A DNA stretch of 64,000 bases, from NCBI GenBank assembly GCA_016926175.1, contig JAFGPA010000001.1, forward strand, positions 977-64,976. The letters are read 5' to 3'. A program made the position numbers and the translations under genes. Within the stretch, counting starts at the first letter, position 1. Every line of letters starts with the position of its first letter. The DNA is from Candidatus Micrarchaeota archaeon. GTDB taxonomy: Archaea > Micrarchaeota > Micrarchaeia > Anstonellales > Bilamarchaeaceae. The notes under the pieces are model-generated. The model had not been told where the DNA came from, did not search any database, and saw only the letters and a list, made by a program, of their open reading frames with translations. This document shows positions 48,031-59,095 of this stretch, piece by piece.

Positions 48031-49098
48031 ATGTTTCTGGTCAGTTCAAAAAAACCTTTGCTGCAGCGGGCTCAATTCAAAAGACTCAGGGATTACGCCG
48101 GAGATTCAGCCCTTTTGCTCAACGGCCCGTTTTCTGATAATCTTGAAATGATTGCCGGATTGACTGACAAAGTCAAAGAAAGAATGTGTGTTCACGGCCA
48201 TCCTGCCGGAGCGGCACTTGCAACACTCTCTCCGCAAAATATCAAGACTGCTGAAAAATCCTGGCTTCCGGTTCCTTTTATTATTGATGAAATGGCAGAT
48301 AATCTTTCCAATGATTCTGCAGGATTCATAGCATGCACTTCCAAAACCACGTTTAACGGCTCTTCTGTCATTCCAGTAGGTCTTGACGAATTAACCCTTC
48401 TCAGTGCTGCTGTTTTACGCCGGCTTAATGTGCCCTGCTTATACTCATATGCGCATACAGAAAAATTCTGCATGCCATCAATTCTTATACCGGATAAAAA
48501 TCCCCAGATCATCTCCTTTTTTCCTCCTTTTGTCCGCGAATTTTCAGGAACAGATGAAGTCAGATATCTTGAAGTGCTTGACGATTCGGCCATACTGTCC
48601 ATAATGAGGCTTAAGGCTGCAGGAAGACAGGCTCTCATTCTGCTTAAAGAATTTTACGAAAATGCGGATTTTTTCCAGAACGAAGTTACGCTACGGGCAA
48701 TTGGAATCGCCCATGTGCTTTATCAGGGCGATTTTGACTGGACGCTCAAGGAAGCGCATAAATCTGTTGAAACTGCCAGGGAAATGTTCGGCCAACCTTC
48801 CAAAGAGCTTACCAGCATCAGGATTGTTGCAGAGAGCACCATCAGCCACTGGATCAAGTGCCCAAACTGCCACATTCTCAAGGCGGCTGACCTGATGCTC
48901 TGTGAAAACGCCAAAAAAACTGTCGAAACGTTCATCAGAAAGTTGCCTCTTGCCGATATTTCAGATATTCGCAAAATGCTAAATTCTTTAGATTCCCACG
49001 ATTGTGTTCAAAAACTGCAGAAATACATGCACGTTCCTGCCACCATTGCAGAACACAGGCATTCCGAATGCAGAATCACCGGACGTTACAATGCCTGA
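48031..49098 (+). CDS. Hypothetical protein with a degenerate transglutaminase-like segment and a C-terminal Cys/His cluster
   Basis: VGLDELTLLSAAVLRRLNVPC, then KCPNCH, HDC and HSEC. Confidence 0.5.
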   Translation: MFLVSSKKPLLQRAQFKRLRDYAGDSALLLNGPFSDNLEMIAGLTDKVKERMCVHGHPAGAALATLSPQNIKTAEKSWLPVPFIIDEMADNLSNDSAGFIACTSKTTFNGSSVIPVGLDELTLLSAAVLRRLNVPCLYSYAHTEKFCMPSILIPDKNPQIISFFPPFVREFSGTDEVRYLEVLDDSAILSIMRLKAAGRQALILLKEFYENADFFQNEVTLRAIGIAHVLYQGDFDWTLKEAHKSVETAREMFGQPSKELTSIRIVAESTISHWIKCPNCHILKAADLMLCENAKKTVETFIRKLPLADISDIRKMLNSLDSHDCVQKLQKYMHVPATIAEHRHSECRITGRYNA

Positions 49099-49106
49099 AA
49101 AAAAGC

Positions 49107-49754
49107 TTATGACCATGCCTTTTCCTTTTCAAGCTTTCTCTTGATTGTTTTCAGGGATACAAAACTGTCCCTCTCCATCTCTTCCAGCCTGAAGGAAATC
49201 ATTTTCTGCTGTTCATTGAGCTGGGGGATCACTACAAATTCAAGGGCATTGACCCTTCGCTTTGTTTTTTCTATCTCAAGAATAAGACGTTTCATTGCAG
49301 TTTCTGTTTCTGCAAGCTTTATTACCATATCAAATATTTCCGTGAAGTTTTCAACTGCATCATCTATCTTTGCGCTTGTTCCTGCAATTGAATATGTTGG
49401 TATATCCATGAAGTGTATGCTTTTGATTTCAGGAACTGTGATATTTGGTATCTTAACGCCCATGACATTCCTCACTTCTATATCCACATCAATATCCTTT
49501 CTGAGGTCAAGTGAAACCTTTGAAAGCTCCTGTATGTTGTGGTATGTTTCTGCCATTGCAAGCGAATGATAGCCGGCAGCCATTTTCTTTGCAAGTTCTC
49601 CCCGGAGGTCCTTTGCCTTTTTCATTATCTTGAAAAATTCAAGGATAAGGGCATCCCGTTTCTGCTTCAGCAGCTTGTGCCCCTTCTGAGCCAACATGAT
49701 CCTTTCCTTGGTCTTTATCAGCTCCATCCTCGTTGGGTTAACATCCTGTGCCAT
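49107..49754 (-). CDS. atpD: A/V-type ATP synthase subunit D
   Basis: NPTRMEL, GHKLLKQKRDAL and TKRRVNALE motifs. Confidence 0.95.
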   Translation of the reverse strand: MAQDVNPTRMELIKTKERIMLAQKGHKLLKQKRDALILEFFKIMKKAKDLRGELAKKMAAGYHSLAMAETYHNIQELSKVSLDLRKDIDVDIEVRNVMGVKIPNITVPEIKSIHFMDIPTYSIAGTSAKIDDAVENFTEIFDMVIKLAETETAMKRLILEIEKTKRRVNALEFVVIPQLNEQQKMISFRLEEMERDSFVSLKTIKRKLEKEKAWS

Positions 49755-49802
49755 CAAAATCTACTCCGGTTTTTCCATGCTGGTTTTGTATCCAGCATGA
49801 TA

Positions 49803-51200
49803 TCATTCCTTTTTCTCCTCCTTTTTCTTCGGAAGATATTTGTCAATGTAGGATTTCTTTACTCTTTTCAGTTCATCTTCAGGCAATATGGACAGGAGAT
49901 CCCATGCAAGTTCAAGGGTCTGCTCTATGGTTCTGTTCTCATATGCCCCCTGCCTTACGAATCTTGCTTCAAACTGGTCTGCAAGCTTCAGGAATTTTCT
50001 GTCTACCGGTGAGAGCGCCTCTTCGCCAACGACTGCACTGAGTGATCTCAGGTCACGGCCGTTTGCGTATCCTGCATAAAGCTGGTCTGAAACGCCCTTG
50101 TGGTCTTCACGTGTTCTTTCCTCTCCAATACCTGCGTTCATAAGCCTGGACAAGGAAGGAAGAACGTCAACAGGAGGGTAAATGTTCTTTCTGTGCAGTT
50201 CCCTGCTCAGCAGAATCTGTCCTTCTGTAATGTATCCAGTAAGGTCAGCTATGGGATGGGTCTTGTCATCACCGGGCATTGTAAGTACAGGAATCTGGGT
50301 AACAGAACCATTGCTTCCCCTTACCCTTCCGGCCCTTTCATATATTGTGGAAAGATCCGTGTACATGTAGCCCGGATAGCCACGCCTTCCCGGAACCTCC
50401 TGTCTTGCCGAGGAAATCTCACGAAGGGCTTCGCAGTAGTTGGTCATGTCCGTTATCAGAGTAAGTACGTGCATGTCCTGCTCATATGCAAGATATTCTG
50501 CAGTAGTCAGGGCAAGTCTTGGAGTGATTATACGTTCCACTGAAGGATCATCTGCCAGATTAAGGAACAGAACAGCATTTTCAAGGGCTCCGGTTTTCTC
50601 AAAATCGCGCATAAAGAATGAGGCTTCCTCATGTGTGATTCCGATGGCAGCGAAAACAACAGCGAATTTCTCGTCCGTTCCCCTTACTTTTGCCTGCCTT
50701 GCGATCTGCACTGTCAGCTGGTTGTGCGGAAGTCCTGCACCTGAAAAGATGGGCAGTTTCTGTCCACGGACCAGGGTGTTCATGCAGTCTACTGTTGAAA
50801 TGCCAGTCTGGATGAATTCATTTGGAGATTGCCTTGAATATGGATTTATGGGAAGTCCGGTGATGTCCACCTTTTCCTTTGGTATTATTTTTGGCCCTTT
50901 GTCTCTCGGTTCACCCAAACCATTAAACACACGGCCCAGCATGTCTGTTGAAAGGCCCAGCCTCATGGTTTCTCCAAGAAACCTTACACTTGTCTGTGAT
51001 GTCGAAATGCCGTCGGTTCCACCAAAAACCTGCACAACTGCGTTCTTGTTTGAAACATCAAGCACCTGGCCCTTTCTTCTTTCTCCGCCGGGAATCATGA
51101 TCTCAACGATTTCATTGTAGCTTACGCCACTGACATCTGATACAAATACCAGCGGGCCTGCAATCTGCGTGATTGTTTTATATTCCTTCATCAAAATCAC
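49803..51200 (-). CDS. atpB: A/V-type ATP synthase subunit B
   Basis: [24 protein letters not shown] and [13 protein letters not shown] motifs. Confidence 0.97.
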   Translation of the reverse strand: MILMKEYKTITQIAGPLVFVSDVSGVSYNEIVEIMIPGGERRKGQVLDVSNKNAVVQVFGGTDGISTSQTSVRFLGETMRLGLSTDMLGRVFNGLGEPRDKGPKIIPKEKVDITGLPINPYSRQSPNEFIQTGISTVDCMNTLVRGQKLPIFSGAGLPHNQLTVQIARQAKVRGTDEKFAVVFAAIGITHEEASFFMRDFEKTGALENAVLFLNLADDPSVERIITPRLALTTAEYLAYEQDMHVLTLITDMTNYCEALREISSARQEVPGRRGYPGYMYTDLSTIYERAGRVRGSNGSVTQIPVLTMPGDDKTHPIADLTGYITEGQILLSRELHRKNIYPPVDVLPSLSRLMNAGIGEERTREDHKGVSDQLYAGYANGRDLRSLSAVVGEEALSPVDRKFLKLADQFEARFVRQGAYENRTIEQTLELAWDLLSILPEDELKRVKKSYIDKYLPKKKEEKKE

Positions 51201-52933
51201 CTCAACTCCTCAAAGTTACCGTCTATCTCCTTATGGAGTTTTTCAAAGTCCTTGATTTCAAGGAGTTCTTTCATTCTTCCGATCTTTGTTTTTACGGGAA
51301 GCTCCTGGATTTTTTTCAGCTGAACGCCAAGATCAAGCGCACTGTTGGTGTTTTCGCCGAATTTCATGATTGTCTTGAGCATGTTGTACTGCTTGATCAG
51401 TTCGCATCGTGCATCATAATCAACGAATGCATTCTGCTGAAGATAATCTTCCCTCAGCATTTTCGTAACCATCAGTATCGCCTGTTCCTTTTCCGGAAGG
51501 GCATCCGGTCCGACAAGCTGCACGACCTCCTGAAGCTCTGCTTCTTTCTGCAGAAGCTCCATGGCGGCCTTTGAAAGCTTTGTAAATTCAGATGATACCT
51601 CCTTTGCAAAGTATTCTTCAAGTGAATTGCTGTAAAGAGTATAGCTCTTCAGCCAGTTTATTGCAGGGAAGTGCCTTCTGTATGCCAGGGGCGCATCCAG
51701 GGCAAGAAATACTTTTGTAACCCTGAGGGTATTTTGCGATACAGGTTCTGAAATATCACCGCCGGGCGGTGAAACTGCACCGATTATTGTGACTGATCCG
51801 TAACGGTCCTCTGTTCCAAGGCATCTTACACGGCCGGCCCTTTCATAGAACTCGGCAAGCCTTCTTGCAAGATATGCAGGATAACCTTCTTCGCCAGGCA
51901 TTTCTTCCAGCCTGCCGCCTATTTCACGCATTGCTTCTGCCCACCTTGAAGTTGAGTCAGCCATCAAAGCTACATCATACCCCATGTCCCTGAAGTATTC
52001 TGCAATGGTAACTCCGGTGTATATTGATGCTTCACGGGCTGCTACAGGCATGTTGGATGTATTTGCGATCAAAACAGTTCTCTGCATCAATGGTTTTCCG
52101 GTATTGGGGTCTTCAAGTTCCGGGAATTCTTTAAGAACCTCTGTCATTTCATTTCCACGTTCGCCGCATCCTACATAAATGACTATCTGGGTATCTGAAT
52201 ATTTGGCAAGGCTCTGCTGGGTAACTGTTTTTCCTGAACCAAACGGACCCGGAATTGCTGCAGTTCCACCTTTTGCAATTGGAAAGAAAGTATCAATTAT
52301 TCTCTGCCCGGTAATGAGCGGAATGTTGGGGGGGAATTTTTCAACAACCGGCCTTGACTTCCTTACGAACCATTTCTGTGCGAGTTTCAGGGGATATTTC
52401 TTTCCTTCAAAGGATATCTCCCCTATTTTTTCCGATACAGTGTACTTCCCCGAAGATATCGATTCGATTTTCCCTTCATAAGGAGACATGATCCTGTGTT
52501 CTATGAGTTCTGTTTCCTGCACGGTGCCCAGAATATCGCCTTTTTTTACTTTGTCCCCTTTCTTTGCGGTTGCCTTGAAATCCCATTTCTTTTTCTGGTC
52601 AAGTGCGGGGGCTTCAATGCCTCTTGTAATGTAAACACCGCCTGCCTGTTCTTCGATTACTTTCAATGGCCTTTGAATGCCGTCATAGATGCTTTGAAGC
52701 AGTCCAGGGCCAAGTTCAACTGAAAGCGGCGCACCCGTGGAATCAACAGGCTCCCCCGGCTTCAGGCCTGATGTGTCCTCATACACCTGAATAACGGATA
52801 TCTCGCCAACGATCTTGATGATCTCTCCAAGAAGCCTTTCTTCTCCAACTTTAACGACATCATAGAGTCTTGCATCCGGAAGGTTTGCTTCTACGACCGG
52901 ACCACTGATTCTTACAATCTTGCCTTTCATCAT
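51197..52933 (-). CDS. atpA: A/V-type ATP synthase subunit A (no intein)
   Basis: [18 protein letters not shown] and [12 protein letters not shown] motifs. Confidence 0.97.
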   Translation of the reverse strand: MMKGKIVRISGPVVEANLPDARLYDVVKVGEERLLGEIIKIVGEISVIQVYEDTSGLKPGEPVDSTGAPLSVELGPGLLQSIYDGIQRPLKVIEEQAGGVYITRGIEAPALDQKKKWDFKATAKKGDKVKKGDILGTVQETELIEHRIMSPYEGKIESISSGKYTVSEKIGEISFEGKKYPLKLAQKWFVRKSRPVVEKFPPNIPLITGQRIIDTFFPIAKGGTAAIPGPFGSGKTVTQQSLAKYSDTQIVIYVGCGERGNEMTEVLKEFPELEDPNTGKPLMQRTVLIANTSNMPVAAREASIYTGVTIAEYFRDMGYDVALMADSTSRWAEAMREIGGRLEEMPGEEGYPAYLARRLAEFYERAGRVRCLGTEDRYGSVTIIGAVSPPGGDISEPVSQNTLRVTKVFLALDAPLAYRRHFPAINWLKSYTLYSNSLEEYFAKEVSSEFTKLSKAAMELLQKEAELQEVVQLVGPDALPEKEQAILMVTKMLREDYLQQNAFVDYDARCELIKQYNMLKTIMKFGENTNSALDLGVQLKKIQELPVKTKIGRMKELLEIKDFEKLHKEIDGNFEELR

Positions 52934-52942
52934 AATCTCCTC

Positions 52943-53260
52943 CTATCCTGAAAGATCGAAACCAAGCGCTCTTTTTATGAGCTGTCTTATCTCATCGCCT
53001 TCCATGCTCTCACCAGACTGGTCTGGCATCGGAACAATTACCGGATAGGCGATGCTGTCGAGTTTCTTCTTTAATCTCCATTCAATACTGTTAAGCATTT
53101 TTTCATTTGTAATTATGATACCATATTCCGGATTTGCAATTGCTTTTTCAAGCTCATTCTGGAATGTCTGGTCTGTTGCCTGCACGGAATATTCCAGCCC
53201 TGCAAGCCGGAAACCGGTTACAAGAGGCGCATCTCCAAGAACCAATATTTTTGCTTTCAT
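52943..53260 (-). CDS. atpF: A/V-type ATP synthase subunit F
   Basis: GD..LVTGFRLAGL and IKRALGFDL motifs. Confidence 0.92.
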   Translation of the reverse strand: MKAKILVLGDAPLVTGFRLAGLEYSVQATDQTFQNELEKAIANPEYGIIITNEKMLNSIEWRLKKKLDSIAYPVIVPMPDQSGESMEGDEIRQLIKRALGFDLSG

Positions 53261-53264
53261 TAAA

Positions 53265-54308
53265 TCACACGAGCATTGCTCTTACATCGCTTTCAGCAAA
53301 TTTGTACTCCTTTGCCTTTGCGATTTTCCTTAAATTGTTGATTTCTTCCTCCTTTAGCAAAAGAAAACCGATCAAAACGCCAAGTGAGAGGACATCCCTG
53401 TTGAATCCGTATTTTTTCAGTGCAGCAACAGATCTTTCAAGCGCAATTTCCATATCAGTTAATTTTCCGTCATGCCTGAGTTCCAGGCTGTGAAACTTGT
53501 GTTTTGTCAGTGAAACTACCTGTGCAAGATCCTTTGCCTCTATTATCCTGTCAATAAGATAGATGCTTAATGTTCCGCCTTTGATCAAATGCTTTTTTAT
53601 CTTTGCAGAATCCATGCCGTGCTTTTTCAGCCTTTCAATAATCATTATGTTCTTGGCATCGATTTCTTTCCGGAGAATATCACGCACATAAGAGACTTCT
53701 TTCCCGCCGACAGATGCAAGGGCCTGGTCAATCTGGAGATAAACGTGGGAATCTATCGTTTTCTCTATGTGTGAAAACATGTCTCCTTCCGCTTTGCTGA
53801 AAGTTATTCCGGCTTTTTTTATTTCCCTGATTGTTTCATCCTCATCTCCCCTCATTATCTTCCTGAAATCCTCCTCATCAAGGCCGCCAACATCATAGAG
53901 CATATGTTTTACTTCCTCATAATTCCTGCTGATTTTTTTTGCATGCAAAAGGGTCTTGATATTGATAAGATCCCAGCGGATAAGAAGGGCCTGGATTGCC
54001 TTTCTGTCGCTTTTCGGAGCCATAGTTACAAGTTTTTTAACAGTCCTTGCAAAATTCCTGGAGCTTGCGCTTGCAATTAGTGCCGATCCTCCATAATCCA
54101 CTGAAGCGGCTGCAAGATCCTGTCTGTATCCGGTTTTCTGCAGGAGTTCTGCCATTGCCTCTACACTTGAAACACCGATCATCTCATCCATGAGAGCCGG
54201 TTTGATCAGATCTCCCTTCATTGCCCTTGCACGCGCACTTGAATAGCCGTATTTTATTGAACGGCTTTCAATTCTTGGCATCGAGATCTTAATCGTTGGA
54301 ACTTGCAT
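53265..54308 (-). CDS. atpC: A/V-type ATP synthase subunit C
   Basis: Y.SARARAM...L and KEEEINNLR.IA motifs, and operon position. Confidence 0.88.
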   Translation of the reverse strand: MQVPTIKISMPRIESRSIKYGYSSARARAMKGDLIKPALMDEMIGVSSVEAMAELLQKTGYRQDLAAASVDYGGSALIASASSRNFARTVKKLVTMAPKSDRKAIQALLIRWDLINIKTLLHAKKISRNYEEVKHMLYDVGGLDEEDFRKIMRGDEDETIREIKKAGITFSKAEGDMFSHIEKTIDSHVYLQIDQALASVGGKEVSYVRDILRKEIDAKNIMIIERLKKHGMDSAKIKKHLIKGGTLSIYLIDRIIEAKDLAQVVSLTKHKFHSLELRHDGKLTDMEIALERSVAALKKYGFNRDVLSLGVLIGFLLLKEEEINNLRKIAKAKEYKFAESDVRAMLV

Positions 54309-54874
54309 TATTTACCCCCGAAAATCTTATCAGAAATGCTCTTTCTGATGTCGTCTCTTCTGTTTTCAAAGAGCGTTTCCAAAGTCATGTCCATCCTGAT
54401 TTTTCCATCGGTAGTTTCCGCAATCAGCCCGCCAAGTGAATCAAGATCCTCAGCAATTTTTGGGCCTTTTGCCTTTACCAGAGCCTTGTCTCCCTTAACA
54501 ACGTGGATTGTTATCTTTGATCCAAGTTCAGATACCACCTCATCACAGGCCTTTTCAACAAATTTCCGGTACTCGGCAGTTTTTCTGACAGTTCCAAAAT
54601 CTTTGAAAATATCCTCGATAACGTTTTTGATGGCGTCCTCTTTTGCTTCAGCCAGAATCCTCTTTGATTCAAGCCTTGCCCAGGCAAACCTTTCATTCTT
54701 CTCCTCTGCCAGGAGCCTTTCTACATCTGATTCAGCCTCTTTTTTCTGGCTTGAAATCCTGGCACGCTCCTCTTCAAGCATATTTTTTGCGTTTTCCTTT
54801 GCCTCGTTTTTTATTCTTTGGGCGTCCTGGTTTGCTTCTGAAAGAAGAGAGCCCTTAAGCTTCTCTATCTCCAT
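54308..54874 (-). CDS. atpE: A/V-type ATP synthase subunit E
   Basis: Coiled coil followed by GGLIAET.DGKI..D.TLE. Confidence 0.9.
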   Translation of the reverse strand: MEIEKLKGSLLSEANQDAQRIKNEAKENAKNMLEEERARISSQKKEAESDVERLLAEEKNERFAWARLESKRILAEAKEDAIKNVIEDIFKDFGTVRKTAEYRKFVEKACDEVVSELGSKITIHVVKGDKALVKAKGPKIAEDLDSLGGLIAETTDGKIRMDMTLETLFENRRDDIRKSISDKIFGGK

Positions 54875-54884
54875 TTATACACCT

Positions 54885-55142
54885 TTAGTGTGCTCCGCCG
54901 ATCTGACCAATCAGAAGGAATGCTATAACGAAACCGAGCAATGCGATAATTTCAGGCAAAGCAATATAAAGAATCATTTTTGATTCAAGCTCTGGCCTTT
55001 CAGCTGCAGCGCCCATAGCTGCTGCACCGATGCTACCCTGAGACCATCCTGCGCCAATTGCGCCCAATCCCATTGCTATTCCGGCTCCGATTGCCATTCC
55101 GCCTTCGGACGTCAAAAACTGTGCTATTGTTTCTTCTGCCAT
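54885..55142 (-). CDS. atpK: A/V-type ATP synthase subunit K/c (single hairpin)
   Basis: Gly-rich helix, AERPE loop and ALPE carboxylate. Confidence 0.92.
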   Translation of the reverse strand: MAEETIAQFLTSEGGMAIGAGIAMGLGAIGAGWSQGSIGAAAMGAAAERPELESKMILYIALPEIIALLGFVIAFLLIGQIGGAH

Positions 55143-55152
55143 ATTTTACACC

Positions 55153-57030
55153 TCATTTTTTGAGCATAAACGGATCAAAGACTTTGCCTCCTCCGTGGAT
55201 AAATTTTGTCCTGAATTCAAATATATTAAGACGGCCTCCCTGCACGAGAGCCTCAAACATTGCAATTACGCAGTTTGCTACCTGCAATACAAGATAAATG
55301 GGGAGTATCAACAATGCAACTATCCCCATGCCTGGCTGCGGCCTCAGGAAATCATTGATAATTTCCGCGAGTATGACTCCAACAACACCAATGACTCCGA
55401 TTCTGACATAAGACATTATGTTTCCTGCAAATCCCGGAATTTCAACCACGCCAACTGCGCCTTCTGTTACAGCCACAACTATTATTCCAATAACTGCCAA
55501 TGCAATTCCTGCAGTATCGCTTCCTTCAGGAAGGAATCCTATCTGCATCAAGGCAATTATTACGATTCCCAAAAGCAGGCCGAGCCATCCAAGTTTTGCA
55601 TACGCATGTTTCCTGTTGTGGTTCCATTCGCTGATAAATCCGAGGATAAGGCCAACGCCAAGATGGAACATTCCAACAAAAAGGGTTATGAGCAGCAGAA
55701 GCCCCAATTCATGGACTCTGTGAAACCCTGAATACAATGGAGCTGAAATCAGCATTATGCCGGTCCAGCTTTCCAACCATTCAAATATCATGAAATGCGT
55801 CAGCCCAAGCCACTCATCATAAATTATCCCAAATATCATGGTTGGTACCGATCCGACAATCCAGATCATTGCGATGTTTCTCAGTATCTCGTTGTGCGAA
55901 TATTTTCTGAGAATCAAAACTGAAAGTATTATGGATATTATGCCATATCCGACATCCCCTACTATCATGCCGTATATAATCGAAAGGAAGAAGAAAAACG
56001 GAAGCGTCGGGTCAAGTTCGTTGTATTTTGGAAATGAATAGCTTTTTGTAATAAATTCAAAAGGCGCAACAGGCTGCTTGTTTTCCAATACTGTGGGAGG
56101 CGTTTCATCATGCCCGTATTTTATATCAACGAGTTCAGCATCTCCTTTGTAGTGGTCAATTATAGTTTTCACATGATTATACTCATCTGCAAGAACCCAT
56201 CCTTCAAGCACAAATATGTATCTTGAATTGCTGAACCTGGTTGTGATTTCTGCCCTGGCAGCCTCAATTTCCAGTGCGGCCAGCAGGGTTTTTATCATAT
56301 TGATGTTCTCCCCTGAAATCACATCTATTTTCTTCTTAAGTTCTGCGAGCCCTGCTTTTTGTGCTTCAAGCTCATTTGCAATGTTTGCAAGCGTTTCTTT
56401 TGGGGATGTGGTGTAGTCCGGCAGCTCAAATTCACTGAATCCGATCTCACCAACTATGGTTTCGATCTTTTCCATGGCTTTTTTTTCATATACTATGAGT
56501 GCAATGCTGCCCTTTGCTACTACTGTGGCATGAACATCCAGTTTTTCTATTTTTCCCTTAAGTATATCTGCCTTTGATGTTTCTCCTATGCTATATGTGA
56601 GCGTTTTTGTTTCGCTTCTGCTGAAATCAAACTTAAAGTCAGAAATTTTTTCGATTGTTTTTTGCTGGCTTTCAAGCGTTTTGATGCTTTCTGCCAGTTC
56701 TGTCATTTTTTTGTTTATCGCTTTTATCTCCTTGTCAAGTTCCAGGGACTTTGATTTCTCCAGTGCCTGCTGCCCATCCATTTTTCCGGGCTTGCCACTA
56801 TCCCTGATATTCGCCTCCATTATTGTAAGAATAGTCCTGAGCTTCAGAAGTTCTGCAGACAATTCCTCAAAGGATGCAAGGGGCCTTCCGGCTTCCAGGC
56901 CGCCATATTCTGTTTTTCTTATGTCAACGATTCCTGCTTCGTGCAGCGATCTGATTAGGTTCTCCACCTGGGACTTAAGTACGATTACCCTGATTTTTTT
57001 CATTCTTTTTGGTTTAATCATAAAAATCAT
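55153..57030 (-). CDS. atpI: A/V-type ATP synthase subunit I/a
   Basis: P..M.KI, GDVGYG, MSYVRI and RLN..EF..KF..GGG..F.PF motifs. Confidence 0.93.
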   Translation of the reverse strand: MIFMIKPKRMKKIRVIVLKSQVENLIRSLHEAGIVDIRKTEYGGLEAGRPLASFEELSAELLKLRTILTIMEANIRDSGKPGKMDGQQALEKSKSLELDKEIKAINKKMTELAESIKTLESQQKTIEKISDFKFDFSRSETKTLTYSIGETSKADILKGKIEKLDVHATVVAKGSIALIVYEKKAMEKIETIVGEIGFSEFELPDYTTSPKETLANIANELEAQKAGLAELKKKIDVISGENINMIKTLLAALEIEAARAEITTRFSNSRYIFVLEGWVLADEYNHVKTIIDHYKGDAELVDIKYGHDETPPTVLENKQPVAPFEFITKSYSFPKYNELDPTLPFFFFLSIIYGMIVGDVGYGIISIILSVLILRKYSHNEILRNIAMIWIVGSVPTMIFGIIYDEWLGLTHFMIFEWLESWTGIMLISAPLYSGFHRVHELGLLLLITLFVGMFHLGVGLILGFISEWNHNRKHAYAKLGWLGLLLGIVIIALMQIGFLPEGSDTAGIALAVIGIIVVAVTEGAVGVVEIPGFAGNIMSYVRIGVIGVVGVILAEIINDFLRPQPGMGIVALLILPIYLVLQVANCVIAMFEALVQGGRLNIFEFRTKFIHGGGKVFDPFMLKK

Positions 57031-57359
57031 CAGATACTGTTAAGGAATTCCCGCACTATTGCTGAGACTTCCTTTGAATCTGCTTTGTTTTTTCTGATTT
57101 TTGCCCCTTCATCTTTGGCTTTTTTAAGTATTTTTTCAACTTCCTTCTCTATCCCGCTGCTGCCTTCTTTCAATTTTTCGTTTTTGTATTTTACTATCTC
57201 GTCGCTGTTTTTTTTGCGTTCCCGGAGAGCCATTTCCTTTGCCTCAACGGCAATCTTCTGCGCTTCGGACTTTGCCCTGGAAATAACAGAGTCATACTCT
57301 TCCTCGGCAAGCCTTATCTCCTTTATCGTTTCACTAAATTCTGACTGATCCTTTTGCAT
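57030..57359 (-). CDS. atpH: A/V-type ATP synthase subunit H/G
   Basis: IKEIRLAEEE...AKSEA coiled coil; first gene of the operon. Confidence 0.75.
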   Translation of the reverse strand: MQKDQSEFSETIKEIRLAEEEYDSVISRAKSEAQKIAVEAKEMALRERKKNSDEIVKYKNEKLKEGSSGIEKEVEKILKKAKDEGAKIRKNKADSKEVSAIVREFLNSI

Positions 57360-57461
57360 TTTAACACCAAGATGAGTATACCAAATACAAAAAGGAAGTA
57401 TTTAAAAAAGTGTCTGTATGAATTGTCATAACACGTATTCTAACGTCTTAGATGTGATATT

Positions 57462-58103
57462 ATGGGTGCTTATAAATATATAACCGAGACACTGCAAAAG
57501 CAATATAAAGAAAGAAGCGAGGAATTCAGGAAAAAGGTAATCGGCTGGAGAAAAGAAGGTGCAATTGTCCAGGTTGAAAAGCCTTCAAATATTTCAAGAG
57601 CCAGGACACTTGGCTACAAGGCAAAACAGGGCTATGTGGTTGTCCGCGTAAGGGTTGACAAGGGCAGAAGAACAAAAAGAAGGTCAATGGGCGGAAGAAA
57701 GCACAAGAACTATCACCTATTTGTACAGCCTCAGCTTTCCCACCAGACAATTGCAGAGCAGAGAGCCAACAGAAAATATACAAATCTTGAAGTTCTGAAT
57801 TCTTATTGGGTTGGCGAAGACGGAAACTACAAATTCTTTGAAGTTCTGCTGGCGGATGCTTCCAAGCCCACTGTAAATGTAAGCTCTGTTGTGAGGCAGG
57901 GAAAAGCATTCCGGGGGCTGACTTCTGCAGGCAATTCAAGAGCCAGAAAAAGAAAAACAAAAAACAAGAAAAGAAGGCGGGATGCAAGGCAGAACAAGCC
58001 ATACAAATTCGAGGAATACAGGAAAAAAGAAAAGCAGGAGCCAAAAAAAGCTGCTGCCAAGCCCAAGCCGAAAAAGACAAAGCAGAAAAAAGAGAAGAAG
58101 TAG
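57462..58103 (+). CDS. rpl15e: 50S ribosomal protein eL15
   Basis: RARTLGYKAKQG, LEVLNSYWVGEDG and FRGLTSAG motifs. Confidence 0.96.
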   Translation: MGAYKYITETLQKQYKERSEEFRKKVIGWRKEGAIVQVEKPSNISRARTLGYKAKQGYVVVRVRVDKGRRTKRRSMGGRKHKNYHLFVQPQLSHQTIAEQRANRKYTNLEVLNSYWVGEDGNYKFFEVLLADASKPTVNVSSVVRQGKAFRGLTSAGNSRARKRKTKNKKRRRDARQNKPYKFEEYRKKEKQEPKKAAAKPKPKKTKQKKEKK

Positions 58104-58544
58104 ATGTTTGATATAATTTGCTGCGAAGCCGACCCAAAGAAATTCGGCTTTGCCAAATTCTTTTCTAATCTTAAAATCGAGAATGCTGAAAATCTTCAGG
58201 AAGCAGCGAAATTCAGAAACCGGAAGGTGCTGATTTCACTTCGTGACTATTCATATGATGAAGGCGCCGTGAAGCTCATTGCTGAAAAGAAAAATGCCTG
58301 CTTTTTTATAGATCTTTCCAGGCTGATCCGCAGCAGGGGGATTCCAAGGGCAATACTGATGTCCAAACTGCGTAATTTCCTTAGATGCTGCAACAGGCAT
58401 GGTGCATATTATGCATTTGCATCATTTGCCAAAACAGAGTCTGAAATACGCACTGCTTCTGAATTATGCCATATTGCAATGCTGTTTGACATAACCCGGG
58501 GCCAGGCGGAATTTGCACTGAAAATGATAATCCACTACCAGTAA
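58104..58544 (+). CDS. Probable reduced RNase P subunit Rpp30
   Basis: Directly follows rpl15e (conserved archaeal gene order). Carries FASFA....EIR...EL. Only 146 aa. Confidence 0.6.
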   Translation: MFDIICCEADPKKFGFAKFFSNLKIENAENLQEAAKFRNRKVLISLRDYSYDEGAVKLIAEKKNACFFIDLSRLIRSRGIPRAILMSKLRNFLRCCNRHGAYYAFASFAKTESEIRTASELCHIAMLFDITRGQAEFALKMIIHYQ

Positions 58545-59041
58545 ATTTTTGATGCGGAAAAAGAAAGCGTGATCTTCTTGTTTTTTGGTTCGCAGCTTTC
58601 CGAAATATCATATGATATGTCTTCTGCCCTTATTGCCAGGCATCCGTTGCTTCTTTTTATGCATTCCCCCTCCCTAACATTTGCCTGGATAAGAGTATTT
58701 GATTTTGAGTCGTCTATCATTATTAGCGCGGTTTCATCAGTAACCCTGCAATTTTCATCCATCTGGATTCTTATGTTCCAAACCCGTGTAATGATGCCTC
58801 TGTAAACCCCCTTTCCGTTTTCTTCTATTGTGATGCTGGCCTTTGGCAGTACATATCCGCAGTTTCCATCAACTTTGCATTCTGCATCCGGTTTCGGAAC
58901 TGGCATCTGCTCTGGTTTTTTGGCATGTTTTTCTATTTTAATATCTATTTTCGGGAATTTTTTCAGTGCCGGCATGTGCTCTGCAGGTCCTCTGTCAGAA
59001 GATAAGACCGCAAATGCCAGGATGGGCAGGAATTTCCGCAT
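58535..59041 (-). CDS. Hypothetical exported Cys-containing protein
   Basis: Signal-like N-terminus and six Cys residues. Confidence 0.55.
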   Translation of the reverse strand: MRKFLPILAFAVLSSDRGPAEHMPALKKFPKIDIKIEKHAKKPEQMPVPKPDAECKVDGNCGYVLPKASITIEENGKGVYRGIITRVWNIRIQMDENCRVTDETALIMIDDSKSNTLIQANVREGECIKRSNGCLAIRAEDISYDISESCEPKNKKITLSFSASKIYW

Positions 59042-59095
59042 ATCGTTCTAATGATTGTAAGCATTTATAAACATTTATTGCCATAAACAAATACT

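Noticed and set aside
51197..52933. Intein in atpA (ppsA also checked)
   Set aside because: Both proteins have normal length and continuous motifs.
57526..58156. Long antisense ORFs here and throughout the track
   Set aside because: They are shadows of well-supported genes on the opposite strand and have no motifs of their own.
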